64,000 nucleotides of DNA from Nannocystis bainbridge. GTDB taxonomy: Bacteria > Myxococcota_A > Polyangia > Nannocystales > Nannocystaceae. Where the stretch lies: positions 1,952,001-2,016,000 of the forward strand of contig NZ_JAQNDL010000003.1 in NCBI RefSeq assembly GCF_028368995.1. The letters run 5' to 3'. This document shows positions 21,669 through 30,521 of the stretch, piece after piece. Made by a program: the position numbers and the translations under genes. A model generated the notes under the pieces. That model had not been told where the DNA came from. It did no database searches and saw nothing but the letters and a program-made list of their open reading frames with translations. The stretch's first letter is position 1. Each line of letters starts with the position of its first letter.

Positions 21669-23699
21669 GTGACCACCCGCAACCAACCCCCCGCGCGCCG
21701 CCCCGTCGTCCGCCCGACGCTGCTCGACGCGTTGCGCGAGCTCGACCCACGAGAGGTCGTGCGCCGCCCGCTGCTGCTCGGCGTCGGCCTGGCGGCGGCG
21801 CTGACGACGATGCTGGCGCTGCTCCGCCCCGACGCGTTCACGGTGGCGACGGCCGCGTGGATCTGGGTGATGGGGGCGGTGATGGCGGTCGCCGGCGTGC
21901 TCGTACGAATGGCGGCGAACACCCTGGTGATTCGCCTGCAGCACGACGGCGACCTGATGGCGCGGCGGCTGCGAGAGCTGCGGCGCGACGCGCAGGCCGA
22001 GGTGATCCCGGCGTCGCGGCTGCGCCGCGGCGATCTGGTGCACGTGCCCGCGGGCGACAACATCCCCGCCGACGGCGTGGTGGTGGCCGGCAGCGCGGTC
22101 ATTCGCAGCACCCTGAGCGGGCGCTCGGTGCCGCTGGTGCGCGAGAGCGGGGCCGACCGGCGCGCGCTGGTGGCCGGCTCGGCGGTGCTGAGCGGGTGGC
22201 TGATCGTCGACGTGTGGAGCAACCCGGGCGAGGACTTTCGTCAGCGACTGCTGGCGCTGGCCGAGCGGGCCCGATTGGTCGCGCGTCAGGAGCCGCAGGG
22301 CCTGGCGGTGCTGCTGCTGGCGCTGACGGCCACGGGCCTGGCCGCCGGCGCGGCGCTGCAGCCGTGGGCGGCGCTGCTGCTCGCGGGCGACCCGGCGCCG
22401 CTGGTCAACCTCCTGGCGCTGCTGGCCTGCGCGGTGCCGGCGAGCTTCGCCGGGCTGCAGTCGGCGCTCGACGTGGCGGGCTTCCGCCGGCTGCTGCGCA
22501 GCAACGTGGTGACCGGCTCGGCCGCGGTGGTGCGCGCGCTGGGCCAGGTCGACGTGCTCCTGCTCGAGCGCGCGAGCGTGGCGGTCCGCGGCAATTGCGA
22601 GGCCGACGAGCTGATCCCGATGCCGGGGGTCGCGATCGAGGAGCTGGCCGGCGTGGCGTTCCTGGCCAGCCTGGCCGACGAGACGCCCGAGGGCCGCAGC
22701 ATCGTCGCGCTGGCCGAGCGCCGCTACGGGCTGGTGCCGTCGGGCCTGCAGCAGGCGCGCTTCCTGGCGGGCACGGGCCCGGGGCGGCTGACCGGCGTCG
22801 ACCTGCCGGGCCGTCACCTGCGCAAGGGCGACGCCGACGCGATCCGCCAGTTCGTGCGCGAGCACAGCAGCGTCGAGCCGCCGGACGAGTTCCGCGCCGC
22901 GGTGCAGGCGGTCGCCGGCGACGGCGGCGTGGCGATCGGCGTGGCCGACGGACCGCGCATGCTCGGGGTGGTGCGGCTGCGCAGCCGCATGCGCGAGGCG
23001 CTGGCGCGGCTGCGACGCGCCGGGGTGTTCACGGTGATGGCGACGGCCGACACGCCGGCGGCCGCGGCGACGCTGGCGGCCGAGGCGGGGGTCGACGATT
23101 TCCTGGCCGAGGCGACGCCGGAGGCCAAGCTGGCGCTGATCCGCCGCCACCAGGCCGCGGGCCGCAAGGTCGCGATGGTCGGCGACGGCAACCATGACGG
23201 CCCGGCGATGGCCCAGGCCGACGTGGCGGTGGCGACCAACGCCGGGCCGCTGGCGGCGCGCGAGGCCGGCGGCCTGGTCGACCTCGACGGCGACCCGACC
23301 AAGCTGATCGAGGCCGTCGAGCTCGGCCGCGACCAGCGCGCCATCGGCCGCATGCTCGCCGCCTGGTGCCTGGCCAGCGACCTCGCGCTGGCGCTGGTGC
23401 TGGTGCCGCTCGTGATCTCCGAGGCGATGGTCCGCGGCGCCGATCAAATATCTCTCGGGACATGTCCCGAAGGACTCTCGCGGCTCGACCCGCTGGCGCT
23501 GCACTCGCCGCGCAGCGCGGTGCTGGCCGGGCTCGTGGTCCACACCCTCACCCTGGCCGCCGTGGCGCCGCTGGCGCTGCGCTGGCGGGGCCCCGCGCGC
23601 AGTCGCCTGGGCGCCGCCATCATCGGCGTCGTGTTCACCCTGGCGGCCGTCAAGTCGCTCGATCTGTTGCTGTTCGCCGCCTTCGCGCCAGACCTATGA
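21669..23699 (+). CDS. KdpB-like P-type ATPase homolog, predicted catalytically inactive
   Basis: KdpB hallmarks LDP, IPADG, SLADETPEGRSIV, RKG, AEAGVDDFLAEATPEAKL, DLDGDPTKLIE, LHSPRSAVL; DKTGT is replaced by ERASV. Confidence 0.85.
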   Translation: MTTRNQPPARRPVVRPTLLDALRELDPREVVRRPLLLGVGLAAALTTMLALLRPDAFTVATAAWIWVMGAVMAVAGVLVRMAANTLVIRLQHDGDLMARRLRELRRDAQAEVIPASRLRRGDLVHVPAGDNIPADGVVVAGSAVIRSTLSGRSVPLVRESGADRRALVAGSAVLSGWLIVDVWSNPGEDFRQRLLALAERARLVARQEPQGLAVLLLALTATGLAAGAALQPWAALLLAGDPAPLVNLLALLACAVPASFAGLQSALDVAGFRRLLRSNVVTGSAAVVRALGQVDVLLLERASVAVRGNCEADELIPMPGVAIEELAGVAFLASLADETPEGRSIVALAERRYGLVPSGLQQARFLAGTGPGRLTGVDLPGRHLRKGDADAIRQFVREHSSVEPPDEFRAAVQAVAGDGGVAIGVADGPRMLGVVRLRSRMREALARLRRAGVFTVMATADTPAAAATLAAEAGVDDFLAEATPEAKLALIRRHQAAGRKVAMVGDGNHDGPAMAQADVAVATNAGPLAAREAGGLVDLDGDPTKLIEAVELGRDQRAIGRMLAAWCLASDLALALVLVPLVISEAMVRGADQISLGTCPEGLSRLDPLALHSPRSAVLAGLVVHTLTLAAVAPLALRWRGPARSRLGAAIIGVVFTLAAVKSLDLLLFAAFAPDL

Positions 23700-26440
23700 G
23701 CCTGATCCACCCTATCGAGGAGAGGAGCGTCGCCGACCCGCGGCGCGGGCGGATGACGCTGTATTTCGGGGCGGCGCCCGGGGTCGGCAAGACCTACGCC
23801 ATGCTCGAGGCGGCCCAGCGGCTGCGTCGGCAGGGCGTCGACGTGATCGTCGGCGCGGTCGACACCCACGGGCGGCCCGAGGTCGCCGACCTGCTGGTCG
23901 GGCTCGAGCGCCTGCCGTCGCGCACCGTCGAGACCCGCGGCAAGGTCATCGAGGAGTTCCACCTCGACGCCGCGCTGGTGCGCCGGCCGAGCCTCGTCGT
24001 CGTCGACGACCTCGGGCACGTCAACGCCGCCGGCTCGCGCCACAACCAGCGCTGGCACGACGTCATCGACCTGCTGGCCGCCGGCGTCGACGTGATGTCG
24101 ACCCTGTGCGTGCAGCAGCTCGAGAGCCAGCACGACGTGGTCCAGCAGATCACCTCGATGCGGGTCCGCGACCCGGTGCCCGACGCGATGTTCGAGCGCG
24201 CCGACCACGTCGAGTTCATCGACCCGCCGGCCAAGGAGGTGCTGACGCGCCTGCAGGACGGCAAGGTCAACATCCCCGAGCAGGACGCCCGCGCGGCCGC
24301 GGCGATGTACCGCAAGAACAGCCTGCTGGCGCTGCGCGAGCTGGCGCTGCGGCGCATGTCGCAACGGACAGGTCGAGAGAACCTGATCTACCGCAGCGCG
24401 CCGCGGCTCGGCGCGGGGCCGACTTCCGAGCGCATCCTCGTGTGCGTCGACCCGAGCTCCCTGGGGCCGCGGCTGATCCGCGCCGCCTTCCGCATGGCCA
24501 CCGGGCTGCGCGCCGAGTGGTTGGCGCTGTACGTCGAGACCCCGCGGCTGGCGCTGGCCGGCGAGTCGGCGCGGGCCCAGGTCGGCGAGACCTTGCGCCT
24601 CGCCGAGCAGCTCGGGGCCGAGGTCGTCCACATCAGCGGCGCCCGCATCGACCGCGAGATCCTCGGCTTCGCCCGGGCCCGCGGCGCCACCCGCCTCATC
24701 ATCGGCAAGCCGCTGCAGCACCGCTGGCGCGACATCCTGCGCGGCTCGCTGGTCGACGCGCTGGTGCGCGGCTCGGGCGACCTCGACGTCCACGTGATCG
24801 CCGGCGACATCGCCCCGCACGAGGTGACGCCGGTGCCCGCCCTGCGCTCGCCGATCCGCATCGCCGCCTACTTCTGGGCCGCGCTGACGGTGGCCACCAT
24901 CGCCGCGACGCGGCTGCTGCACCTGCCGCTGTTCTACGTGATCGTGCTGCTGCTGGTCGGCATCGCCCTGGTCGGCTCGCGGCTCGGTCGCGGCCCGGCG
25001 CTCGGGGCGGCGCTGCTCAGCATCCTTGCGGTCGAGACTTCGCTGCGGCTCGACCTCGACCTGGACCCCATCGACGACCTGCAGCGGGCGGCGATCTACC
25101 TCGGCATGCTGGTGCTGGCGCTGTGGGTCTCGGGCCTGACCGAGCTCAGCCGCCGCCAGGCCGAGGCGGCCCGCGTCGACGAGCGGCGGCTGACGGCGCT
25201 GTACCTGCTGAGCCGCGAGCTGTCGCAGCTGCGCAGCGAGGTCGACATCGCCGAGTGCGCGATCCGCCACGTCAAAAAGACCATGTCCGCGCGGACCGTC
25301 ATCCTCCTGCACGGGCACGACGGCGAGCTCGCGCCGGTGGCGGGGACTGACGTCGAGCTGACGACCGACGCGCGCGAGGAGGGCGTGGCCCGCTGGGCCT
25401 TCGAGCACGGGCCGGCCGGGCGCGGGACCGAGACGCTGAAGGCCGCGCAGGCGCTGTACCTGCCGCTGACCGCCGCCGGGCGCACGATCGGCGTGCTCGG
25501 GGTCGCCCCCGACGACCCCGACAAGCTGGCCAGCCCGGCCGAGCGCCAGCTTCTCGACGCCATGACCGGGCCGGTCGCCCTCGCGCTGCAGCGGGTCCGC
25601 CTGGCCGAGGAGGCCCAGGTCGCCGAGGTCCGCGCGCGCGAGGAGGAGCTGCGCGGCTCGCTGCTTTCGTCGGTCAGCCACGACCTGCGCACGCCGCTGG
25701 CGTCGATCACCGGGGCCGCCAGCGCGATGCTCGACAGCGGCGACGCGATCGCCTTCGAGACTCGCCGCGACCTGCTGCAGACCATCTATGAGGAGGCCGA
25801 GCGGCTCGGGCGGCTGGTCGGCAACCTGCTCGACATGACCCGGCTCGAGGCCGGCTCGGTCGCGCTGCGGACCGACTGGGTCGCGCTCGAGGACCCGATC
25901 GGCTCGGCCCTGGCCCGGCTCGACCGCCGCCTGGCCGGGCGCGAGGTCCAGGTCACGCTGCAGCCCGATCTGCCGCTGCTGGCGCTCGACGAGGTGCTGT
26001 TCGAGCAGCTGATCCTGAACCTGCTGGAGAACGCCTGCAAGCACACCCCGGCGGGCAGCCCGATGCGGTTGGTGGCGCGGGTGCAGGCCGGGCGGGTGAT
26101 GGTCGAGGTGGCGGACCGCGGCCCGGGGCTGCCGGCCGGCGAGGAGGAGACGATCTTCGAGAAGTTCGTGCGCGGCAGCAAGGCCAAGACCCAGGGGTTC
26201 GGGCTCGGGCTGGCGATCTGCCGGGCGATCGCCGCGGCCCACGGCGGTGAAATCACGGCGGAGAACCGGGCGGGCGGCGGGGCCGTGTTCCGGATCAGCC
26301 TGCCGATCGGCGCCGGCCCGCCGGAACCCGCCCCCGACACCTCGCTCGCGTCGATGAGCGGCCCCTCGGGCATGCTACACAACACGGCGAAGATCCTGCT
26401 GCAGCAGGCGTCGGGCCTGGAGGCGGAGACGACGACATGA
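23696..26440 (+). CDS. kdpD: sensor histidine kinase KdpD
   Basis: GAAPGVGKTYAML KdpD domain, USP domain, transmembrane region, GAF, SVSHDLRTPL, GLGLAICRAI. Confidence 0.95.
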   Translation: MSLIHPIEERSVADPRRGRMTLYFGAAPGVGKTYAMLEAAQRLRRQGVDVIVGAVDTHGRPEVADLLVGLERLPSRTVETRGKVIEEFHLDAALVRRPSLVVVDDLGHVNAAGSRHNQRWHDVIDLLAAGVDVMSTLCVQQLESQHDVVQQITSMRVRDPVPDAMFERADHVEFIDPPAKEVLTRLQDGKVNIPEQDARAAAAMYRKNSLLALRELALRRMSQRTGRENLIYRSAPRLGAGPTSERILVCVDPSSLGPRLIRAAFRMATGLRAEWLALYVETPRLALAGESARAQVGETLRLAEQLGAEVVHISGARIDREILGFARARGATRLIIGKPLQHRWRDILRGSLVDALVRGSGDLDVHVIAGDIAPHEVTPVPALRSPIRIAAYFWAALTVATIAATRLLHLPLFYVIVLLLVGIALVGSRLGRGPALGAALLSILAVETSLRLDLDLDPIDDLQRAAIYLGMLVLALWVSGLTELSRRQAEAARVDERRLTALYLLSRELSQLRSEVDIAECAIRHVKKTMSARTVILLHGHDGELAPVAGTDVELTTDAREEGVARWAFEHGPAGRGTETLKAAQALYLPLTAAGRTIGVLGVAPDDPDKLASPAERQLLDAMTGPVALALQRVRLAEEAQVAEVRAREEELRGSLLSSVSHDLRTPLASITGAASAMLDSGDAIAFETRRDLLQTIYEEAERLGRLVGNLLDMTRLEAGSVALRTDWVALEDPIGSALARLDRRLAGREVQVTLQPDLPLLALDEVLFEQLILNLLENACKHTPAGSPMRLVARVQAGRVMVEVADRGPGLPAGEEETIFEKFVRGSKAKTQGFGLGLAICRAIAAAHGGEITAENRAGGGAVFRISLPIGAGPPEPAPDTSLASMSGPSGMLHNTAKILLQQASGLEAETTT

Positions 26441-27156
26441 GCGAACAGGGGCCATTGGTACTCATCGTCGAGGACGAAGCACCGTTGCGGCGGTTCCTGC
26501 GGGCGGCGCTGGTCGCCCAGAACTACCGCCTGGTCGAGGCCGAGACGGCCGCCGAGGGGCTGCAGCGGGCCACCGAGCACAACCCGGACATCGTCCTGCT
26601 CGACCTCGGCTTGCCCGACGGCGACGGGCTCGACGTCACCTCGCGGCTGCGCGAGTGGACCCGTGTGCCGATCATCGTCCTGTCGGCCCGCGGCCAGGAG
26701 CGCGACAAGGTGCAGGCGCTCGACGCCGGGGCCGACGACTACCTGACCAAGCCGTTCGGCACCAGCGAGCTGCTGGCGCGGATCCGGGTGGCGCTGCGGC
26801 GGGTCGCCGAGCGCACGCCGACCGAGGAGCCGATCGTGTCGCTCGGCGAGGTCACCGTCGACCTGGCGCGCCGGCTGGTCACGCGCGCCGGCAAGCCGGT
26901 CCACCTCACGCCGCACGAGTACAAGCTGCTCACCACCCTGCTCAAGTACGCCGGCAAGGTCGTGACCCACAAGCAGCTGCTCAAAGAAGTCTGGGGCCCG
27001 CAGGCGGTCAGCCAGACGCACTACCTCCGGGTCTACATGGCCCAGCTGCGGCAGAAGCTCGAGGGCGACCCGGCCCGGCCGCGCTACCTGACCACCGAGC
27101 CGGGCGTCGGCTACCGCCTGCGCTCCGAGGACGACATCGCCGGGGGCGCCGCGTGA
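26437..27156 (+). CDS. kdpE: response regulator KdpE
   Basis: LLDLGLPDGDG, ALDAGADDYLTKPF, HYLRVYMAQLRQKLE, TEPGVGYR. Confidence 0.95.
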   Translation: MSEQGPLVLIVEDEAPLRRFLRAALVAQNYRLVEAETAAEGLQRATEHNPDIVLLDLGLPDGDGLDVTSRLREWTRVPIIVLSARGQERDKVQALDAGADDYLTKPFGTSELLARIRVALRRVAERTPTEEPIVSLGEVTVDLARRLVTRAGKPVHLTPHEYKLLTTLLKYAGKVVTHKQLLKEVWGPQAVSQTHYLRVYMAQLRQKLEGDPARPRYLTTEPGVGYRLRSEDDIAGGAA

Positions 27157-28028
27157 ACCGCCGGCGCGACCGCCCAGTCGCGCTGCTGGACACCTCGCAG
27201 GCGCTGCCGGCCGTGGCCGACGAGCTGCCGACGCCGCGCCTGCGCCGACTGATGCTGCGAGCCCTGGGGGTGCCGCTGGCGGCGATGTTGCTGCTGTGCG
27301 GGCTGCTCGGCGCCGCGCTGGCGGTCGCCGCCGGGGACGAGGCCGAGGCCGCCCGCGCGCGCACCGTCGTCGCCGAGGCCCACCACGTCCAGCGGCTGGT
27401 GCTCGACCAGGAGGCCGCGCTGCGCGGCTTCGCGATCGGGGGCGAGGATAAATTCTTGCCGCCGCTGCACAGCGGCCGCGCGATGGTCCCACCGGCGCTG
27501 CGCCGCCTGGCCGAGCTGACGGCCGGCGACCGCGCGCAGGAGGCCCGCACCGCCGCGCTGGCGGCCGCCTACGGGCGCTGGGTCGCGGCCACCGGCATGA
27601 CGCCGACAGGCCCGCGCGCCGGCGCACCGGTGCTCCCGGGCGAGCCGTCGCGGCTGGCCGCGCGCGCGGCCCAGCTCGAGGCGGTCCGCCAGCTCGTGCG
27701 CCAATTGGTCGACGCCGAGCACGGGCGCACCGGCGCCGACCAGGCGAGCAGTTGGTCGCTGGCCGCGATCGCGGCCGGGCTGGCGGTCGCCCTGGCGCTC
27801 GTCGGCCTCACGACCTCGGCGCTGCGCCGATCGATCCGCCGCATGGAGGGCGTCTACGCCAGGGCCCTGGTGATGCGCCGCCACAGCGAGGCCAGCGAGC
27901 GCGCCGCCCGACGCTCGGCCGAAGCCCTGGCCGCCGAGGTCGCCGCCCACAGCCGCGAGCTGCAGGCCCGCTTCCGGGCCGCGCGCGACGAGCTCGAGCT
28001 GGCGCGGGCGCCCGCGCGAGCGAGCTGA
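27153..28028 (+). CDS. membrane protein with CHASE3-like domain and no kinase domain
   Basis: GTG overlapping the kdpE stop; TM - LVLDQEAALRGFAIGGEDKFL...LAELTAGDRAQ - TM - coiled coil. Confidence 0.7.
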   Translation: MNRRRDRPVALLDTSQALPAVADELPTPRLRRLMLRALGVPLAAMLLLCGLLGAALAVAAGDEAEAARARTVVAEAHHVQRLVLDQEAALRGFAIGGEDKFLPPLHSGRAMVPPALRRLAELTAGDRAQEARTAALAAAYGRWVAATGMTPTGPRAGAPVLPGEPSRLAARAAQLEAVRQLVRQLVDAEHGRTGADQASSWSLAAIAAGLAVALALVGLTTSALRRSIRRMEGVYARALVMRRHSEASERAARRSAEALAAEVAAHSRELQARFRAARDELELARAPARAS

Positions 28029-28288
28029 CGCCCGCGCCGAGCTGGCGCGAGCGCCCGCGCGAGCGAGCTGACGGCGCTCCGAGCTGGCGCGAGCGAGCTG
28101 ACGGCGCCCCGAGCCGGCGCGAGCGAGATGATGGCGCTCCGAGCTGGCGCGCCCGCCCGCGCGAACGAGCTGACGGCGCTCCGAGCTGGCGCGCCCGCCC
28201 GCGCCAACGAGCTGACGGCGCTCCGAACCGGCGCGAGCGAGCTGACAGCGCTCCGAGCTGGCGCGGGCGTACGCGCAGCGAGCTGACG
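27995..28288. repeat. degenerate tandem repeat, 8 cores, 30-bp and ~42-bp units
   Basis: CGAGCTGACG cores at 28021, 28064, 28094, 28124, 28166, 28208, 28238, 28279. Confidence 0.88.
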
Positions 28289-28380
28289 CCGACCGTTCCC
28301 GCGCCCGCCGGTGCTCGCATTCGCGGCGCCGTCGTCGTCGCGCGCGTCGTGCCCCGCCCGGGCGACCGGCTATCGTGGGC

Positions 28381-29853
28381 ATGGTGACGAACATCCCCTG
28401 GATCATGATCGCGGGCACCGGCACCGACCCGCTGCCCGCCGAGCTCGAGACCGTGGCCCACCAGCTCGGCGTGGCCCTGGCGCGGGCCGACTGCGGCGTC
28501 ATCTCCTGCGGCTGGGCCGGCGTCGACCGTGCGCTCGGGGCCGCGTTCGTCGCCGAGCTGCGCGCCACCCGGCGAGACCCGCGAGACCGCTTCAAGCAGG
28601 TGCTGCAGCGCGGGCGCACCCCGTCGGTCGAGGACGGCGAGTCGATCGACGTCGAGCAGGACGCCGAGGAGTACCTCGTCGCCGTCGACCGGGCCGACGT
28701 CGTGATCCTGCTGGCCGGGCGCGGCGGCACGTACCTCGTGTACAAGCACGCGCGGCGGGCCAACAAGCTCGTGCTGCCGCTGCCGGCCACCGAGGGCGAC
28801 GCGCGGCGGGCCTTCGGCGACATCCGCGACAAGTTCGATCGCGCCGCCAACCTCGGCGTCACCGCGAGCGAGTTCGCCGCCCTCGATCGACCGGCAGGCG
28901 AGGCCGCGGAGGCGGTCCTGCGGCTGATCCGCCAGCACCTCGAGGCGAGGGAGATCCGCGACGGCGACTACCTCAAGGCGGACAGCGTCGTCGGCCGCGA
29001 CAACGAGGCCGCGTTCACGCGATTGGTCCGGGAGATCCAGCGGACCGACATGCTCGGGTTCATCGGCGCCGGTGCGTCGATCCCCGGCGGCTACCCCGAC
29101 TGGGGCACGCTGATCGATCGCATGCGCCACGCGCTGCCGTCCGAGATCGCCCGCACGATGGCGTGGGTGGCCCGCGAGGACGACATGCTCATGCGCGCCG
29201 AGCACTACCGCTCTCTGCTCGGCGAGGACTACGGCCGCTTCATCCGCGAGCAGTTCGACGACGACGCCGGCAGGTGCGGCCCGCTGCACCTCGACCTGGT
29301 CCGCCTGCCGGTCGCGCACGTGCTCACGACCAACTACGACACGCTGCTCGAGCGGGCCCACGCGCAGGCGCACCCGGGCGAGCTGCCGCTGCCGACCGAC
29401 TGGAAGAACGCGTCGGACGTCGAGTCCTTCCTCCGCGCGGCCCGCCGCCGCGGCGAGCGCCGCCGCTACGTGCACGTGCACGGGCTCTACAACGACCCGG
29501 CCCACGTCGTCCTGACCGAGAGCGACTACCAGGAGCGCTACTGCCGGGAGACCGCGAGCGAGGCGCTGCTGTCGGCGCTGTTCACCGCCCACGCGTTCCT
29601 GTTCGTCGGCTTCTCGTTCAGCGACCTCGACGTGATGGGGGTGTTCCGCAACACGATGGCGCGGGTCCGCGTCAGCGAGCCGCTGCACTACGCGTTCATG
29701 GCCCTCGACCCCCGCACGCACGACCCGACGCTGGTCCGCCGCCGCCTGCGGCAGAAGTTCAAGATCGACCCGATCTTTTATATGTACACGCCGGACCACG
29801 CGGGCCTGCGCCAGCTCGTCACGCGCCTGCTGGCGACGACGACACCAGCGTGA
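28381..29853 (+). CDS. SLOG (LOG/Smf-like) domain plus SIR2-like NADase domain fusion
   Basis: N-terminal IMIAGT..SCGWAGVD..ADVVILLAGRGGT..VLPLPATEGDA; C-terminal FIGAGAS, TTNYD, HVHG, VLTESDY, FLFVGFSFSD. Confidence 0.85.
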   Translation: MVTNIPWIMIAGTGTDPLPAELETVAHQLGVALARADCGVISCGWAGVDRALGAAFVAELRATRRDPRDRFKQVLQRGRTPSVEDGESIDVEQDAEEYLVAVDRADVVILLAGRGGTYLVYKHARRANKLVLPLPATEGDARRAFGDIRDKFDRAANLGVTASEFAALDRPAGEAAEAVLRLIRQHLEAREIRDGDYLKADSVVGRDNEAAFTRLVREIQRTDMLGFIGAGASIPGGYPDWGTLIDRMRHALPSEIARTMAWVAREDDMLMRAEHYRSLLGEDYGRFIREQFDDDAGRCGPLHLDLVRLPVAHVLTTNYDTLLERAHAQAHPGELPLPTDWKNASDVESFLRAARRRGERRRYVHVHGLYNDPAHVVLTESDYQERYCRETASEALLSALFTAHAFLFVGFSFSDLDVMGVFRNTMARVRVSEPLHYAFMALDPRTHDPTLVRRRLRQKFKIDPIFYMYTPDHAGLRQLVTRLLATTTPA

Positions 29854-29863
29854 GTGCGAGCGC

Positions 29864-29936
29864 ATGCCCCCGAGGGCATGCTTTTAATGGACATGCGCTG
29901 AAGGACATGCCCGTCCAGACATGTCCATTACGCCAT
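29864..29936. repeat. five-unit array of the TGYC-N6-GRCA palindrome
   Basis: CATG cores spaced 14-15 bp apart between convergent stop codons. Confidence 0.8.
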
Positions 29937-29946
29937 GCTATGCACG

Positions 29947-30324
29947 TTACTCGCTCTCGGCGACCCCGGCGAACGCCCGCCGGTACAGCCAGGCCTTGAC
30001 GTCCTCCTGGCTCATGCACCACAGCAGATAGGCGCCGAACACCAGCGGCGTGATCAGCTGCAGCTGCACCACCAGCGGCAGGTGAGTGATGAGCGCGCCG
30101 ACCGTGAACACCGCGAGCATGCCCACCAAAATGTTGAGCACGCCGACCACCACCGCCAGCGACCGCGCGCCCTCGCTGCCGCGCACGAGGCCGACCACCA
30201 AGAACAGCTTGAGCGCGAGGTTGACGTAATTCGGGATGGTGTAGTTGCCCCCCGTGATGTGCATGACCTGCATCACCGTGGCGAGGGCGAGGAGTACGAG
30301 CGCGACGATCAACTTGACGGGCAT
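29947..30324 (-). CDS. small membrane protein (about 4 TM)
   Basis: MPVKLIVALVLL..., hydrophobic segments, C-terminal DVKAW. Confidence 0.7.
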   Translation of the reverse strand: MPVKLIVALVLLALATVMQVMHITGGNYTIPNYVNLALKLFLVVGLVRGSEGARSLAVVVGVLNILVGMLAVFTVGALITHLPLVVQLQLITPLVFGAYLLWCMSQEDVKAWLYRRAFAGVAESE

Positions 30325-30521
30325 GGGGGTGCGAGGACGAGACCGCACCCCGCCGGCACGGTCAAGCGGATTCTCCTCGCTAGCACGCGGGTCGAACGGC
30401 GAACGAGCGCGATGAAACCTGTCCTGACGCGGCTGTGCTCCAGCAGGCGCTCCCGCCGAAGGGCTCGCCCCGCACCCGCCTCGCCGAGTTTCTTGCTAAG
30501 AACGCGATCGAGGATATCGCC

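Noticed and set aside
21669-23699. Annotating this as functional kdpB
   Set aside because: The phosphorylation-site Asp and TGES motif are missing, and no kdpA/kdpC is present.
27995-28288. Possible CRISPR array
   Set aside because: Units are contiguous with no unique spacers, and no cas genes are in the window.
29864-29936. Palindrome arrays as mini-CRISPR or REP hairpins
   Set aside because: The 8-bp core and 6-bp variable part are far too short; the spacer is not self-complementary, which fits a protein site better than a stem-loop.
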